Below are positions 1 to 8,347 of a DNA stretch of 54,892 nt, in pieces. Each line of letters starts with the position of its first letter. The stretch's first letter is position 1. The position numbers and the translations under genes were made by a program. Below the pieces are notes generated by a model, which saw only the letters and a program-made list of their open reading frames with translations, was not told the DNA's origin and made no database searches. The DNA is from Selenomonadaceae bacterium (GTDB lineage: Bacteria; Bacillota; Negativicutes; Selenomonadales; Selenomonadaceae). Where the stretch lies: contig JAFXNB010000057.1 of assembly GCA_017529935.1 (NCBI GenBank), positions 1-54,892 of the forward strand, read 5' to 3'.

Positions 1-466
1 ATGCCTTTGCAATAGCCCATGCATTGGCATATGTCGTGCATGCCTCCCTACCGTTTACGGTTTTGAAACTCGTCTGCCAGAAGGCACCACCACTTTGCCG
101 GAGGGGTTTAGTCGTGCATGCCTCCCTACCGTTTACGGTTTTGAAACGCCGCGCCGATTGTTATATCCATTGCCTTATCAGCAATTTTACTGTCGTGCAT
201 GCCTCCTTACCGTTTACGGTTTTGAAACTTCATAAACAACATCGGTTTTCACCTTTTCGTTGACTTGCTTGTCGTGCATGCCTCCTTACCGTTTACGGTT
301 TTGAAACTGTTTAGCACGAGCACGCGCAAGGATTTCCTCTTTAGTCATTGTCGTGCATGCCTCCTTACCGTTTACGGTTTTGAAACACCTGTTACTATGA
401 GCTCACAGATCTTTTCCACAATATCGGGAGTCGTGCATGCCTCCCTACCGTTTACGGTTTTTGAAG
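1..466 (+). CRISPR. CRISPR array truncated by the left window edge: six 37-bp repeats (33-69, 111-147, 192-228, 271-307, 350-386, 430-466), five complete spacers of 41, 44, 42, 42 and 43 bp; bases 1-32 are a partial spacer
   Basis: Direct reading. Consensus GTCGTGCATGCCTCC(C/T)TACCGTTTACGGTTTTGAAAC. Repeats 1, 2 and 6 have C and repeats 3-5 have T at repeat position 16. The last repeat degenerates at its 3' end (..GGTTTTTGAAGG). The GAAAC 3' end and the degenerate distal repeat imply + strand transcription with the leader off-window to the left. Confidence 0.95.
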
Positions 467-476
467 GAAGAAAAAA

Positions 477-502
477 TTCTCCATTGCGGAGAGTTTTTTT
501 TT
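477..502 (+). terminator. Weak intrinsic terminator after the last CRISPR repeat
   Basis: TTCTCC-attgc-GGAGAG short stem followed by T9 (494-502). Confidence 0.35.
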
Positions 503-530
503 GTGCTAAATTGGCGGGGATGTGAGTTCG

Positions 531-899
531 ATGAAAAAAATTTTTATCAATCACACGAATCACCCGCCGGGGCGTTGGAGCGCGGAGCAAAAAACGGCGG
601 CGCAATTTTACGGTGAGGTACTGGATATTCCGTTCCCCGCAGTCGACGCCAAAGCAACGCCGGAAGAAGTCGCCGCGCTGGTCGAAGAGAATCTAAAAAT
701 AATTTTGTCGATGAAGCCCGCAGCCGTGCTTTGTCAAGGCGAATTCACGTACACTTTCGCGCTGGTCGAACGGCTAAAAAATTTGGGCGTGACAGTAGTG
801 GCGGCAACGTCCGAACGCGTGGCTACCGCAGAAATTTTGCCCGACGGCTCCACAAGGCAAGTCTCGACGTTTCGTTTCGTGCAATTCAGGGAATATTGA
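531..899 (+). CDS. Small CRISPR-accessory protein, Csx20-like (tentative family call)
   Basis: 122-aa ORF directly after the array. GGGGA lies 10 nt upstream of ATG 531 (the ORF track starts at GTG 522). Its stop TGA 897-899 is 1 nt before the ATG of the CARF-HEPN gene. The family assignment is from memory of Csx20-type sequences (..NHxNHP..W..EQ.., C-terminal ..F.F..FREY) and is unverified. Confidence 0.45.
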   Translation: MKKIFINHTNHPPGRWSAEQKTAAQFYGEVLDIPFPAVDAKATPEEVAALVEENLKIILSMKPAAVLCQGEFTYTFALVERLKNLGVTVVAATSERVATAEILPDGSTRQVSTFRFVQFREY

Positions 900-900
900 C

Positions 901-2598
901 ATGAGAAAAAATATAATGCTGGCGTTCGTTAGCCCGGTGAACGCGTTTTTTCTGGGCAAGCCGATAAATTATCCCGACATTCAAGGGCGACCGTACAGCG
1001 CGATACAAACGAACGAATCGGCAATCGTCTACGTGTCACGAATGCTGGAACCACAATCACTGGCGCAAATTTTCTTAATCGCAAGCGACTCGGTGAAGAA
1101 CGAAAAAGTTCAGCCCGAAAACGAATTCGGCGACGTGACGCATTTGGAATTTTTGCGTCGGCGAATCGCAAAGGAATTCCCACAACTGGCAGAAAAATTT
1201 TCAATCCAAAATTACTCGGAGGACGGCACAGGCTCGACAAAGCTGGAGAACAACATTTTGCAAATCGCGCAGATAGCAGACGCGGTCACGGATTTTGCAA
1301 AGAATTCGGCGGAAGTCGTCGTTCATGCGGACATGACGGGCGGCTTTCGGCACACGTCAATGTTGATGTTGTCGATAATTCAGCTGTTGAGGTATCGCGG
1401 AATAAAAATCGGCGAAGTGCTTTACTCGGAGCCGGCAAGTCGGGAAGTGTATCGTGTGACGGAAATTCAGCGCATGTTCACGTTGATAACGGGCGCAGAT
1501 GAGTTCGTCAAATTCGGGAGCGTTGAGGCTTTGAACGAATATTTCGGAGCGGAACCGCCGCCCGCCGTGAAAAATTTGCTGGAGGCGATGAATCGATTTG
1601 CCGAGGCTATAAAAATTTGCCGGACGAGCGCGATTGAAGGCGAGCTGGAAAATTTGAGCAAGCACATCAAAAATTTCCGCGAACACCCCGACCGCGATTT
1701 AAAGAGCGAACTTTTTGCGAAGATAATCGACACGATAGAGCGCGAATACGGCAAGCTTATCGACGGGGCGGCGACGCGTCTGGAGATAATTCGTTGGTGT
1801 ATGCGCAAAGGTTTTTGGCAACAGGCGATGACGCTTTGCACCGAGTGGTTGCCCGAAGAAATTATCAATCGGCGAGTCTGCATGCCGCGCGATATAACCG
1901 TCATTGAAAGTTGCACGTCGAAGGGACGTTCCGTGCACAAGAGCTGGCAACAATATTTTATAATCGACTACAGAGTTTCGGAGCAGGGCACGAATACGCG
2001 AACAGTTTGCGGAGATTTGCGCGACGCTTTGAATTCGGGCGACGCCAATCGTTTGCCGGAGCTGAAAAAATTTGTCGGAGAGTACTCTTTTGCCGAAATG
2101 GATTTCAATTCATGTGCGCGAAAAAAAATTTCGGTCAACGACTTCAAGGGCAAATATCCGACGCTTGCCGCCGTTCTGCAAATAATTTTCGACGAACGAC
2201 GCGCCAATCCGAGCTACCGACGAAATTTCTACAGCTTCTTGCAGACGGTGGACTACGCGAAAATCCCGATTTTGATTGCCGGTTTCTCGAACGAACAACT
2301 TTTGCAGGTCTTCAATATCGAACGCGACCAACCCGCTAAAAAAGATTCGACGCCCGCCGATAAGGCCGAAAATCTTTTGTACAATCGCGAACGGGAATAT
2401 CGGGAACTGTTCCGCCAAAAACGTATCAGCTTGAAGCCCGACGTTGACGCCGCGTTAAAAATCTTGCGCAACTATCACGAGATACGCCACGAGCGCAATC
2501 AAATTAATCACGCCAACGAATATTCGACGACCAAAATCCCCGAACTGCGCTGCCTCATTGAAAGTTGTCTCGCCGCGCTGGAAAAGCTCAACGCATAA
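901..2598 (+). CDS. CARF-HEPN protein, Csm6/Csx1 family (TM1812-type CARF), predicted cOA-activated RNase
   Basis: 565 aa. The N-terminal CARF signature is HADMTGGFRHTSMLM. The C-terminal HEPN Rx4H motif is RNQINH (..IRHERNQINHANE). It is adjacent to the CRISPR array. Confidence 0.8.
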   Translation: MRKNIMLAFVSPVNAFFLGKPINYPDIQGRPYSAIQTNESAIVYVSRMLEPQSLAQIFLIASDSVKNEKVQPENEFGDVTHLEFLRRRIAKEFPQLAEKFSIQNYSEDGTGSTKLENNILQIAQIADAVTDFAKNSAEVVVHADMTGGFRHTSMLMLSIIQLLRYRGIKIGEVLYSEPASREVYRVTEIQRMFTLITGADEFVKFGSVEALNEYFGAEPPPAVKNLLEAMNRFAEAIKICRTSAIEGELENLSKHIKNFREHPDRDLKSELFAKIIDTIEREYGKLIDGAATRLEIIRWCMRKGFWQQAMTLCTEWLPEEIINRRVCMPRDITVIESCTSKGRSVHKSWQQYFIIDYRVSEQGTNTRTVCGDLRDALNSGDANRLPELKKFVGEYSFAEMDFNSCARKKISVNDFKGKYPTLAAVLQIIFDERRANPSYRRNFYSFLQTVDYAKIPILIAGFSNEQLLQVFNIERDQPAKKDSTPADKAENLLYNREREYRELFRQKRISLKPDVDAALKILRNYHEIRHERNQINHANEYSTTKIPELRCLIESCLAALEKLNA

Positions 2599-2629
2599 AA
2601 AAACGCCGCTGCGCTTTCCACGCAACGGC
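2597..2629 (-). terminator. Intrinsic terminator whose U-tract lies on the minus strand
   Basis: Stem GCCGCTGCG(2605-2613)/CGCAACGGC(2621-2629) with one mismatch. On the minus strand the stem is followed directly by GTTTTTTAT. On the plus strand the T-run is separated from the stem by TAAAAAA. Confidence 0.5.
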
Positions 2630-2669
2630 TAAAAAATTTTTTTGTTGTCGTCCAAATTAACTCACCACC

Positions 2670-2729
2670 TTAGAAGAACACGTGCATACCAACCGACAAA
2701 GAAACTTCCAAATCCGGCATGAACATCAT
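2670..2729 (-). CDS. Candidate sORF, 19 aa peptide MMFMPDLEVSLSVGMHVFF
   Basis: ATG is preceded by GGGAGGTG with a 6-nt spacer. It is followed about 40 nt later by a minus-strand terminator. There is no homology evidence. Confidence 0.3.
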   Translation of the reverse strand: MMFMPDLEVSLSVGMHVFF

Positions 2730-2750
2730 AACTTTCACCTCCCAAAAAGT

Positions 2751-2813
2751 TTAGCGATCAGAAGCGAGAATCATTGAACCTGCCACGACGAATCCTGCAA
2801 TGAACCACGGCAT
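2751..2813 (-). CDS. Candidate sORF, 20 aa hydrophobic peptide MPWFIAGFVVAGSMILASDR
   Basis: ATG is preceded by AAAGGAAGTG with a 7-nt spacer. The stop abuts the SD of the next sORF. There is no homology evidence. Confidence 0.3.
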   Translation of the reverse strand: MPWFIAGFVVAGSMILASDR

Positions 2814-3113
2814 TTGAATTCACTTCCTTTCGACGACTGCCTTTGCTTGAATCTGCGATAAATATACACCCGAAAAATCGCGGCGTCATGTCAAAAATCC
2901 TGTGAATGAACTACGGAGAAAATTTCGATGCGAAAAAATTCAAAGACAATCAACAAATTTCACCGCTCGCACGCGGGCTTGAGAAAATTTTTGCGGCTGG
3001 TCTCTTACGGTTGCTATCATTGAAATCTTTTTTCCAAGCACGCAATTACGCCGCGCAGTTATGACGACTTGCTGAGGCAGATAAGATTTTTTGTCCCAGA
3101 AAAAAATTTGCAG

Positions 3114-4139
3114 ATGACGCGCCACAATAAGTATTCGTACTTCACTTTTGTCGGCGATTTTCGGCACGGCACAAGGAATTATTTTTATTCGTCGTTTCTG
3201 CTAAGGACGCTCCTGCCCGAACACTGTCTGCAAAAAATTATTCTTCTGCAAATACTTGAGGGCGCGGAACCTTTGCCGGCTACAGAAATTTTATCGCGGG
3301 CGGAACAGGTGCTGATTGACCATAAGCCCGATTGCATGGAAGCGGATTTGTTCCAAAGTTTTCGCCGCCGCCTGAATGAATTGACGGATTCGGGAGTTTT
3401 GCGCAAAGTTGAAGCGGGCGGCAAAGTCTTATATGAAAAAATCGCAAACCCGCTCGCCGAACTGTCAGCGAACGAATTGACGCTTTTAAAATCCGCACTG
3501 AAATTTTATCGGAACGTCGCGCCGATAGGGACGGCTGGCTATTTTTTGTGCGACAGCTTGAAAACTTGCACGGAATCTGCGCGGGAAATTTTTCAGTTCC
3601 GGAATAACAACTTCGCGCGAATTTTGGACGACGACATTATCTTGACGATAGTCAAAGCAATTCATCTGCGCAAAAAAATTTTGGTTGAACGCGAAAATAA
3701 ATCGCCCATGACAGTCACGCCCGTCGCCGTCGAAACAGATTTCCTCTGCTCGCGTCAATATCTGGTTGCGCTCCGGCAAAAAGAGTTGATGCGCTTGCGG
3801 ATTGAAAAAATCGCCGCGATTAAGCTCCTTAATGACGAGGGCGAAAAATTTTCTCCGTCGCGACAAAAATTGCGTGAAGTTCGCTTGCTAGTGCATTTCA
3901 AAGACGCGGACGAACGCCGCCTACGCGAAAAAATTTTGACGGAAGAATTGCCCGCGCGAATCGTCGAAGAGGCGCAAGGCGTGATCTGTATCGTTGAAAC
4001 GCCCGACCCGTTGCAGATTTATCCGCGCCTGTGGAAATTTCAACCTTGGGCGGAGATTTTGGCGGGCAAAGACGGTTTGCGCGAAAGAATGCGCCGCGAC
4101 GTTCAGGAGGTTTTAAAAAATTATGCAAAGTTTGTTTGA
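3114..4139 (+). CDS. wHTH-WYL domain transcriptional regulator (start uncertain)
   Basis: An N-terminal wHTH-like segment (..LLQILEGAEPLPATEILSRAE..) and a WYL-like core (..MTVTPVAVETDFLCSRQYLVALRQKELMRLRIEKI..). The ORF opens at TTG 3069. The first ATG (3114) has no clear SD. Confidence 0.6.
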   Translation: MTRHNKYSYFTFVGDFRHGTRNYFYSSFLLRTLLPEHCLQKIILLQILEGAEPLPATEILSRAEQVLIDHKPDCMEADLFQSFRRRLNELTDSGVLRKVEAGGKVLYEKIANPLAELSANELTLLKSALKFYRNVAPIGTAGYFLCDSLKTCTESAREIFQFRNNNFARILDDDIILTIVKAIHLRKKILVERENKSPMTVTPVAVETDFLCSRQYLVALRQKELMRLRIEKIAAIKLLNDEGEKFSPSRQKLREVRLLVHFKDADERRLREKILTEELPARIVEEAQGVICIVETPDPLQIYPRLWKFQPWAEILAGKDGLRERMRRDVQEVLKNYAKFV

Positions 4140-5061
4140 CGATACGAAAAACTCGCTCTTTCGATTGCTTTGCCAAATCGTCAACGAAATCTGCGCGGGC
4201 GGCAAATTCACTCGCAAAGAAATTCTCCGCCGAATTTTTGCCCTGCCCGAATTCATTTACCTTGAAGCACCCGAAAAAGTTCGTGAGGAAGAAATTGTCG
4301 ACGCGCTGTTCAATTTCGACGGCGACGGCTTTGCTGTGGTGCCGACGGAGAAAAAATTTTCCTTACCGATAAGCGATACGGAATGTTCGTGGTTGCGGGC
4401 GGTGCTTGCCGACGAGGAGACTGCGTTTCTTTTGCCCGCCGACTTCAGGAAAAAATTACTCGCGTGCTTGGCAAATTGCCCGCCGCTGTATGAAAAAAAT
4501 TTGTGGCGAAAACTCCGCTCCGAGCAAAATTCGGCGGCAAGAAAAAATTTTTTCGTCAACCTGTCAATTATAGTTGAAGCTCTGCGACGGCGGCGGAAAG
4601 TTTTTGTCGACGGGCAATCCGTGTCACCATGCCGCTTGGAATACGATTTATCGGCGGACAAGTACTTTCTGATTGCTTGGCGCGAAGAGGCGCGGACGAT
4701 AGAAAAAATGCCCGTCGAGGGCTTTGATACGGTCGAGTTGAGCGGGAAGCAAATCCCGGACGACACCGACGAGCGATTGGAAAATTTTTATTCGGCGCAC
4801 GTCGCGGAGGTTTCGTTGGAGGTGCAGAACACGCGCAACGCCGTCGAAAGATGTTTCGCGCTGTTCAGTTCGTTCGATAAGAAAGCTCGCCTGCAGGACG
4901 ACGGCACTTGCGTTTTGACGATAAGCTACAGCCTGCTTGACGAGGAGGAAATTTTGGAAAAAATTTTATCGTTGGGCGCGACCGTTACAATCACTGCGCC
5001 GGAAAGTATTCGCGAACGAATTCGCCAACGATTTATCGAAATAAATAATTTGTACGAATGA
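4123..5061 (+). CDS. WYL domain regulator, second paralog
   Basis: WYL-like core ..VSPCRLEYDLSADKYFLIAWREEARTIEKMPVEGF.. Its ATG overlaps the upstream WYL gene by 17 nt. Confidence 0.6.
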   Translation: MQSLFDDTKNSLFRLLCQIVNEICAGGKFTRKEILRRIFALPEFIYLEAPEKVREEEIVDALFNFDGDGFAVVPTEKKFSLPISDTECSWLRAVLADEETAFLLPADFRKKLLACLANCPPLYEKNLWRKLRSEQNSAARKNFFVNLSIIVEALRRRRKVFVDGQSVSPCRLEYDLSADKYFLIAWREEARTIEKMPVEGFDTVELSGKQIPDDTDERLENFYSAHVAEVSLEVQNTRNAVERCFALFSSFDKKARLQDDGTCVLTISYSLLDEEEILEKILSLGATVTITAPESIRERIRQRFIEINNLYE

Positions 5062-5090
5062 AAATCCCTGTCGACAATCGGCGGGGATTT
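5062..5090. terminator. Hairpin between convergent genes
   Basis: AAATCCC(5062-5068)/GGGATTT(5084-5090) with A/T runs on both sides. Confidence 0.35.
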
Positions 5091-5091
5091 T

Positions 5092-6786
5092 TCATTGCGC
5101 GGGCAAGTTGGATTCAATTTCGCTAATCGCGTCTCGCATGGTGCGGCGCAGTTTGTCAACGGTTCTAAATTCGCCGAAATCTTCGCGGGCGTGAGCACTG
5201 TGGTTGCGCTCGTCCTTTATGCGAAAATATTTGTCGACGATGCTCAAGAAATTTTCCTTAGGAATGCTGACGGCGAAAACTCCTTCGTTCAACAGCTCGT
5301 GAATCTTCAACGCCTTGGGATATTTCATGAAACCGCTACCCGTGAAATAATCCGGAACGTCGTCGTCGACCATTTTGTTGTTGAAAAATTTGGTAATGAT
5401 TTTAAGGCGTTCGTTGCCCCATTTTTTAGATTTAAGCTCTTCGTCGAGGGTGGCGAGAATTTTGCGGACGGGATTTAATTCGGGCGACGACAGCTCAAGC
5501 AAAAGTTTCGGGTCTTTGAAAATGGCGGCGAGCGTCTCCAACTGTGCGCGGAAATCTTTTTCGTCGGGGCAGTGCAAATTGAGCGGAGCCAACTTCTGAT
5601 TTAAAATCGCCAGCCACTCGTCAAAATTGAACGTCTTATCCTTAATCGCTGACCAAGTATCATTTTTTATCGTCTTGCAAAAAATTTTCCTGCCTTCGTC
5701 GAGACTTTTACCTTGCGGCTTGATTTGGCTAAACAAATAAAAAAACGGTTGGAGCCTGTCCTTGTCAGCGAGCCGCTTTAAATTTTTCATCTGCTCCGCG
5801 CTAAGAACAATTACGCCATGTTCGCCAAGATATTCGGGAATTCGTTCGGTGTAAAGAATCAAAGCCTGTTGCAAATAATCGTTATCCAAGCACCAACGAA
5901 TAACGCGTAAATCATCTTTCCGGCGCGGGAAAATCAAATCGGCGTAGTCTTTGCGGATTCGCGCAATGAACTTTTCCATTAACATATCTTCAACGTCGTC
6001 GGTCGGCGCGAAATCTTTAACGGCGTCATGCAGATTTATAATCGCCGCGCTGAATTGCCCGTAGTGGCAAAGTTTAATGGCGTCGGCGAAATCTTTCATG
6101 GCGGCAAGCAGTCGTTTAAGCGGCTCGGAGAGGTTATCGCGCTTGTTGCGGTAGTAAATATCCAAGGCATTGACGCTGCCGAAGTTGACGAATTCTTCAA
6201 CGCCCGCCATCAGCTGGAAGAGATCGTAGATATTTTGAACTTCCTCAACGGTGCCGGGCGTTTCCGCGCCTTTGTAGTTGGAGTAAAGAATTTTGTCGAT
6301 TTTCAAGCCGCTGTATTCCAAAAGGCGCGTGAGTTCAAGCATCATCATGTTGATATGACGCATGCCGCCGGTCAAGTCTAAGTGTAGAGTGACATTTTCG
6401 TCAGAGCCAACGAACTTTTGAATAACGCCTGCCATTTTCGCAACGCTTTTAAGATTTTCTTCGCCGGAGCCGTCTTCGTCGTAATCGAAAACAAAAAAGC
6501 ATTCGTCGTCGGGCAAAAATTTTTTCAAGCGTTCAAGAGAAAATTGCAAATGTGTCTTTGGCGTGCCGTCGATATTTAAAATTTTTTCGCGAACTTTTTT
6601 CGACGCGAAGATAAAAATTTTATCGACAGGAAAATCCTGCAGGAGATAGCGCAAGGCAGATTCGTTTGTGATTTGCGTTTTATCGCCCGCTATGTTTTCG
6701 TAGTCAACCTCGGATATGATAACTTTGTCGTCAACTTTTTTTGTCTTTACGTCGCTCAGGAAAAGAAGCAAAATATTTTTCTCCAT
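5092..6786 (-). CDS. Second CARF-HEPN protein, Csm6/Csx1 family
   Basis: 564 aa from ATG 6786 (MEKNILLLFLSD..), which has GGAGGA 7 nt upstream. The ORF-track start at 7050 is an unsupported extension. CARF signature HLDLTGGMRHINMMM. HEPN Rx4H motif RNHSAH (..KDERNHSAHARED). Confidence 0.8.
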   Translation of the reverse strand: MEKNILLLFLSDVKTKKVDDKVIISEVDYENIAGDKTQITNESALRYLLQDFPVDKIFIFASKKVREKILNIDGTPKTHLQFSLERLKKFLPDDECFFVFDYDEDGSGEENLKSVAKMAGVIQKFVGSDENVTLHLDLTGGMRHINMMMLELTRLLEYSGLKIDKILYSNYKGAETPGTVEEVQNIYDLFQLMAGVEEFVNFGSVNALDIYYRNKRDNLSEPLKRLLAAMKDFADAIKLCHYGQFSAAIINLHDAVKDFAPTDDVEDMLMEKFIARIRKDYADLIFPRRKDDLRVIRWCLDNDYLQQALILYTERIPEYLGEHGVIVLSAEQMKNLKRLADKDRLQPFFYLFSQIKPQGKSLDEGRKIFCKTIKNDTWSAIKDKTFNFDEWLAILNQKLAPLNLHCPDEKDFRAQLETLAAIFKDPKLLLELSSPELNPVRKILATLDEELKSKKWGNERLKIITKFFNNKMVDDDVPDYFTGSGFMKYPKALKIHELLNEGVFAVSIPKENFLSIVDKYFRIKDERNHSAHAREDFGEFRTVDKLRRTMRDAISEIESNLPAQ

Positions 6787-6888
6787 AAGATTTTCCTCCG
6801 TCAATCGTGATACCGGAAAATTCGCTTTGGAGCATAAATAATCCTTCCCTTTAGTCTTGCAGAGCATTCCACAATTTTTTTTCGTTCC

Positions 6889-6917
6889 ATGACAAACGGG
6901 AAATGATGTGTTATAGT
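6889..6917 (+). promoter_or_regulatory. Candidate sigma70-type promoter of the BREX-like operon
   Basis: -35 ATGACA (6889-6894), 17-nt spacer, extended -10 TGtTATAGT (-10 at 6912-6917), 35 nt before ATG 6953. Confidence 0.4.
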
Positions 6918-6952
6918 TTCCACGAACAAGAATTTTTTTTAGGTGATACGCG

Positions 6953-8338
6953 ATGCAAAATATTGTTAAAAATGTTGTTGAGATTGTAAAGGAAAATTTT
7001 CCAAACGGGATACGCGACGACTTTATCGACACCAACAAAGTTTTGCGCATTTATCGGACGAATCACGCGGACGAAAATATTTCGCGGAATTTTATTGCAG
7101 AAATTATTCGCGCAAACGGAATTGAGGACGGCGGACGTTTTTATTTTATCTCCGATGACAACGCAGAAAATATTCGGCAATTTCTCGACGAAATTTTAAG
7201 CGCAAATTCAATCGCCTACTACGCCAAAATTCACGAAAAGCACTCGGATTTTTTTGCCGCCATGCACATTTTTTCGCCCGACGTTTTGAGGAAAATTTTG
7301 CAAACTATTGGCGGGAATTTTTATTTTCCGGAATTCTGTTCGGCGCGGAGAGCGACGCGCCTTGATTATGTGGTTGCGAAAATTTTTACGGCGGCAGAAA
7401 ATTCTTTGTCACTCGACGACTTGCAAGAAAAGTTGCCCTACGTCCCGCCCGAAAAAATTTTGGCGGTGCTCTCCGACGTGAAAAAATATCTGCCGACGAG
7501 CGCGGGCAAGTTCATTCCCTTTTCCAGAATTCAATTCGACACCGACGAGATTAACGACGCTAAAAAGCAAATTTCTCGCCACATTGAAAAAGACGGCTAT
7601 GCTCTGCCCGAAGATTACAGTTTGGCTTCAAATTTCGCGCTCAATCCCGAACTCGCCGAAAAAGATTTGCGCAATATCATTTACGAAAAATTTTTCGCCG
7701 AAGACTTCACGCGCCGCGGAAAAAAACTTTCCGGAAAAGGTGACGACGGCAGAAAAAAATCTTCGGGCGTTGTTGAACGTATCAGAGAATTTATCGCCGA
7801 CAAAAATGAAGTGGCTGTCAAAGATATTTTCGCGCTAGATGAAACCTTAAACGATAAACCCAGCGTGGTATTTTACGCCGCGTATGAAACGATGATTCGC
7901 GTCGATAAAAATTTTTTCGTCAAAGATGCGCTGATAAATTTCGACGTTGTCGGTGTGGATGACGCTTTAACGTCCTTTGTGCAAGGCAAAATTATTTCCC
8001 TGCGCGGCGTCACGAGCTTTACGGGTTTTCCGCCGGTCGCGGGCTATTCGTGGAATTTGTTCCTGCTTGAAAGTTTTTTGCGCAAGTCCAGCCGAAAATA
8101 TTCTTTCCACAATCCCGCACCAAACAGCGCGAACGTCGGGGCGATTTATCTCAAGTCGCTGAAGTTTGAAGATTATCTCGACGTTCAAGCGGCGGTCGTC
8201 GTCCAAGAAAAAATTCCGCTCGAAAAATCCGCCGTCGAAGAATTTCTGGTTCGTCAAGGCTTCAGGGCAAACCGAATCGCCAAAGTCACTGAAAGGATAA
8301 TTGCGCGCGCAGGAAATTTACAATCCGTGAAGAATTAA
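6953..8338 (+). CDS. Hypothetical 461-aa protein, first gene of the BREX type 4-like operon
   Basis: AGGTGA SD 6 nt before the ATG. Its stop is 9 nt before brxP. I recognise no motif in it. Confidence 0.6.
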   Translation: MQNIVKNVVEIVKENFPNGIRDDFIDTNKVLRIYRTNHADENISRNFIAEIIRANGIEDGGRFYFISDDNAENIRQFLDEILSANSIAYYAKIHEKHSDFFAAMHIFSPDVLRKILQTIGGNFYFPEFCSARRATRLDYVVAKIFTAAENSLSLDDLQEKLPYVPPEKILAVLSDVKKYLPTSAGKFIPFSRIQFDTDEINDAKKQISRHIEKDGYALPEDYSLASNFALNPELAEKDLRNIIYEKFFAEDFTRRGKKLSGKGDDGRKKSSGVVERIREFIADKNEVAVKDIFALDETLNDKPSVVFYAAYETMIRVDKNFFVKDALINFDVVGVDDALTSFVQGKIISLRGVTSFTGFPPVAGYSWNLFLLESFLRKSSRKYSFHNPAPNSANVGAIYLKSLKFEDYLDVQAAVVVQEKIPLEKSAVEEFLVRQGFRANRIAKVTERIIARAGNLQSVKN

Positions 8339-8347
8339 GCCGCCATT

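Noticed and set aside
24-525. ORFs 24-263 and 265-525 (repetitive ..VVHASLPFTVLK.. proteins)
   Set aside because: They are translations of the CRISPR repeats. The periodic peptide simply mirrors the 37-bp repeat.
6787-7050. N-terminal extensions in the ORF track (5092-7050, 26475-27119, 51813-53270, 38824-42243, 44601-46292)
   Set aside because: Internal ATGs with strong SDs coincide with the start of recognisable domains or signal peptides. The extensions overlap divergent promoters or neighbouring genes.
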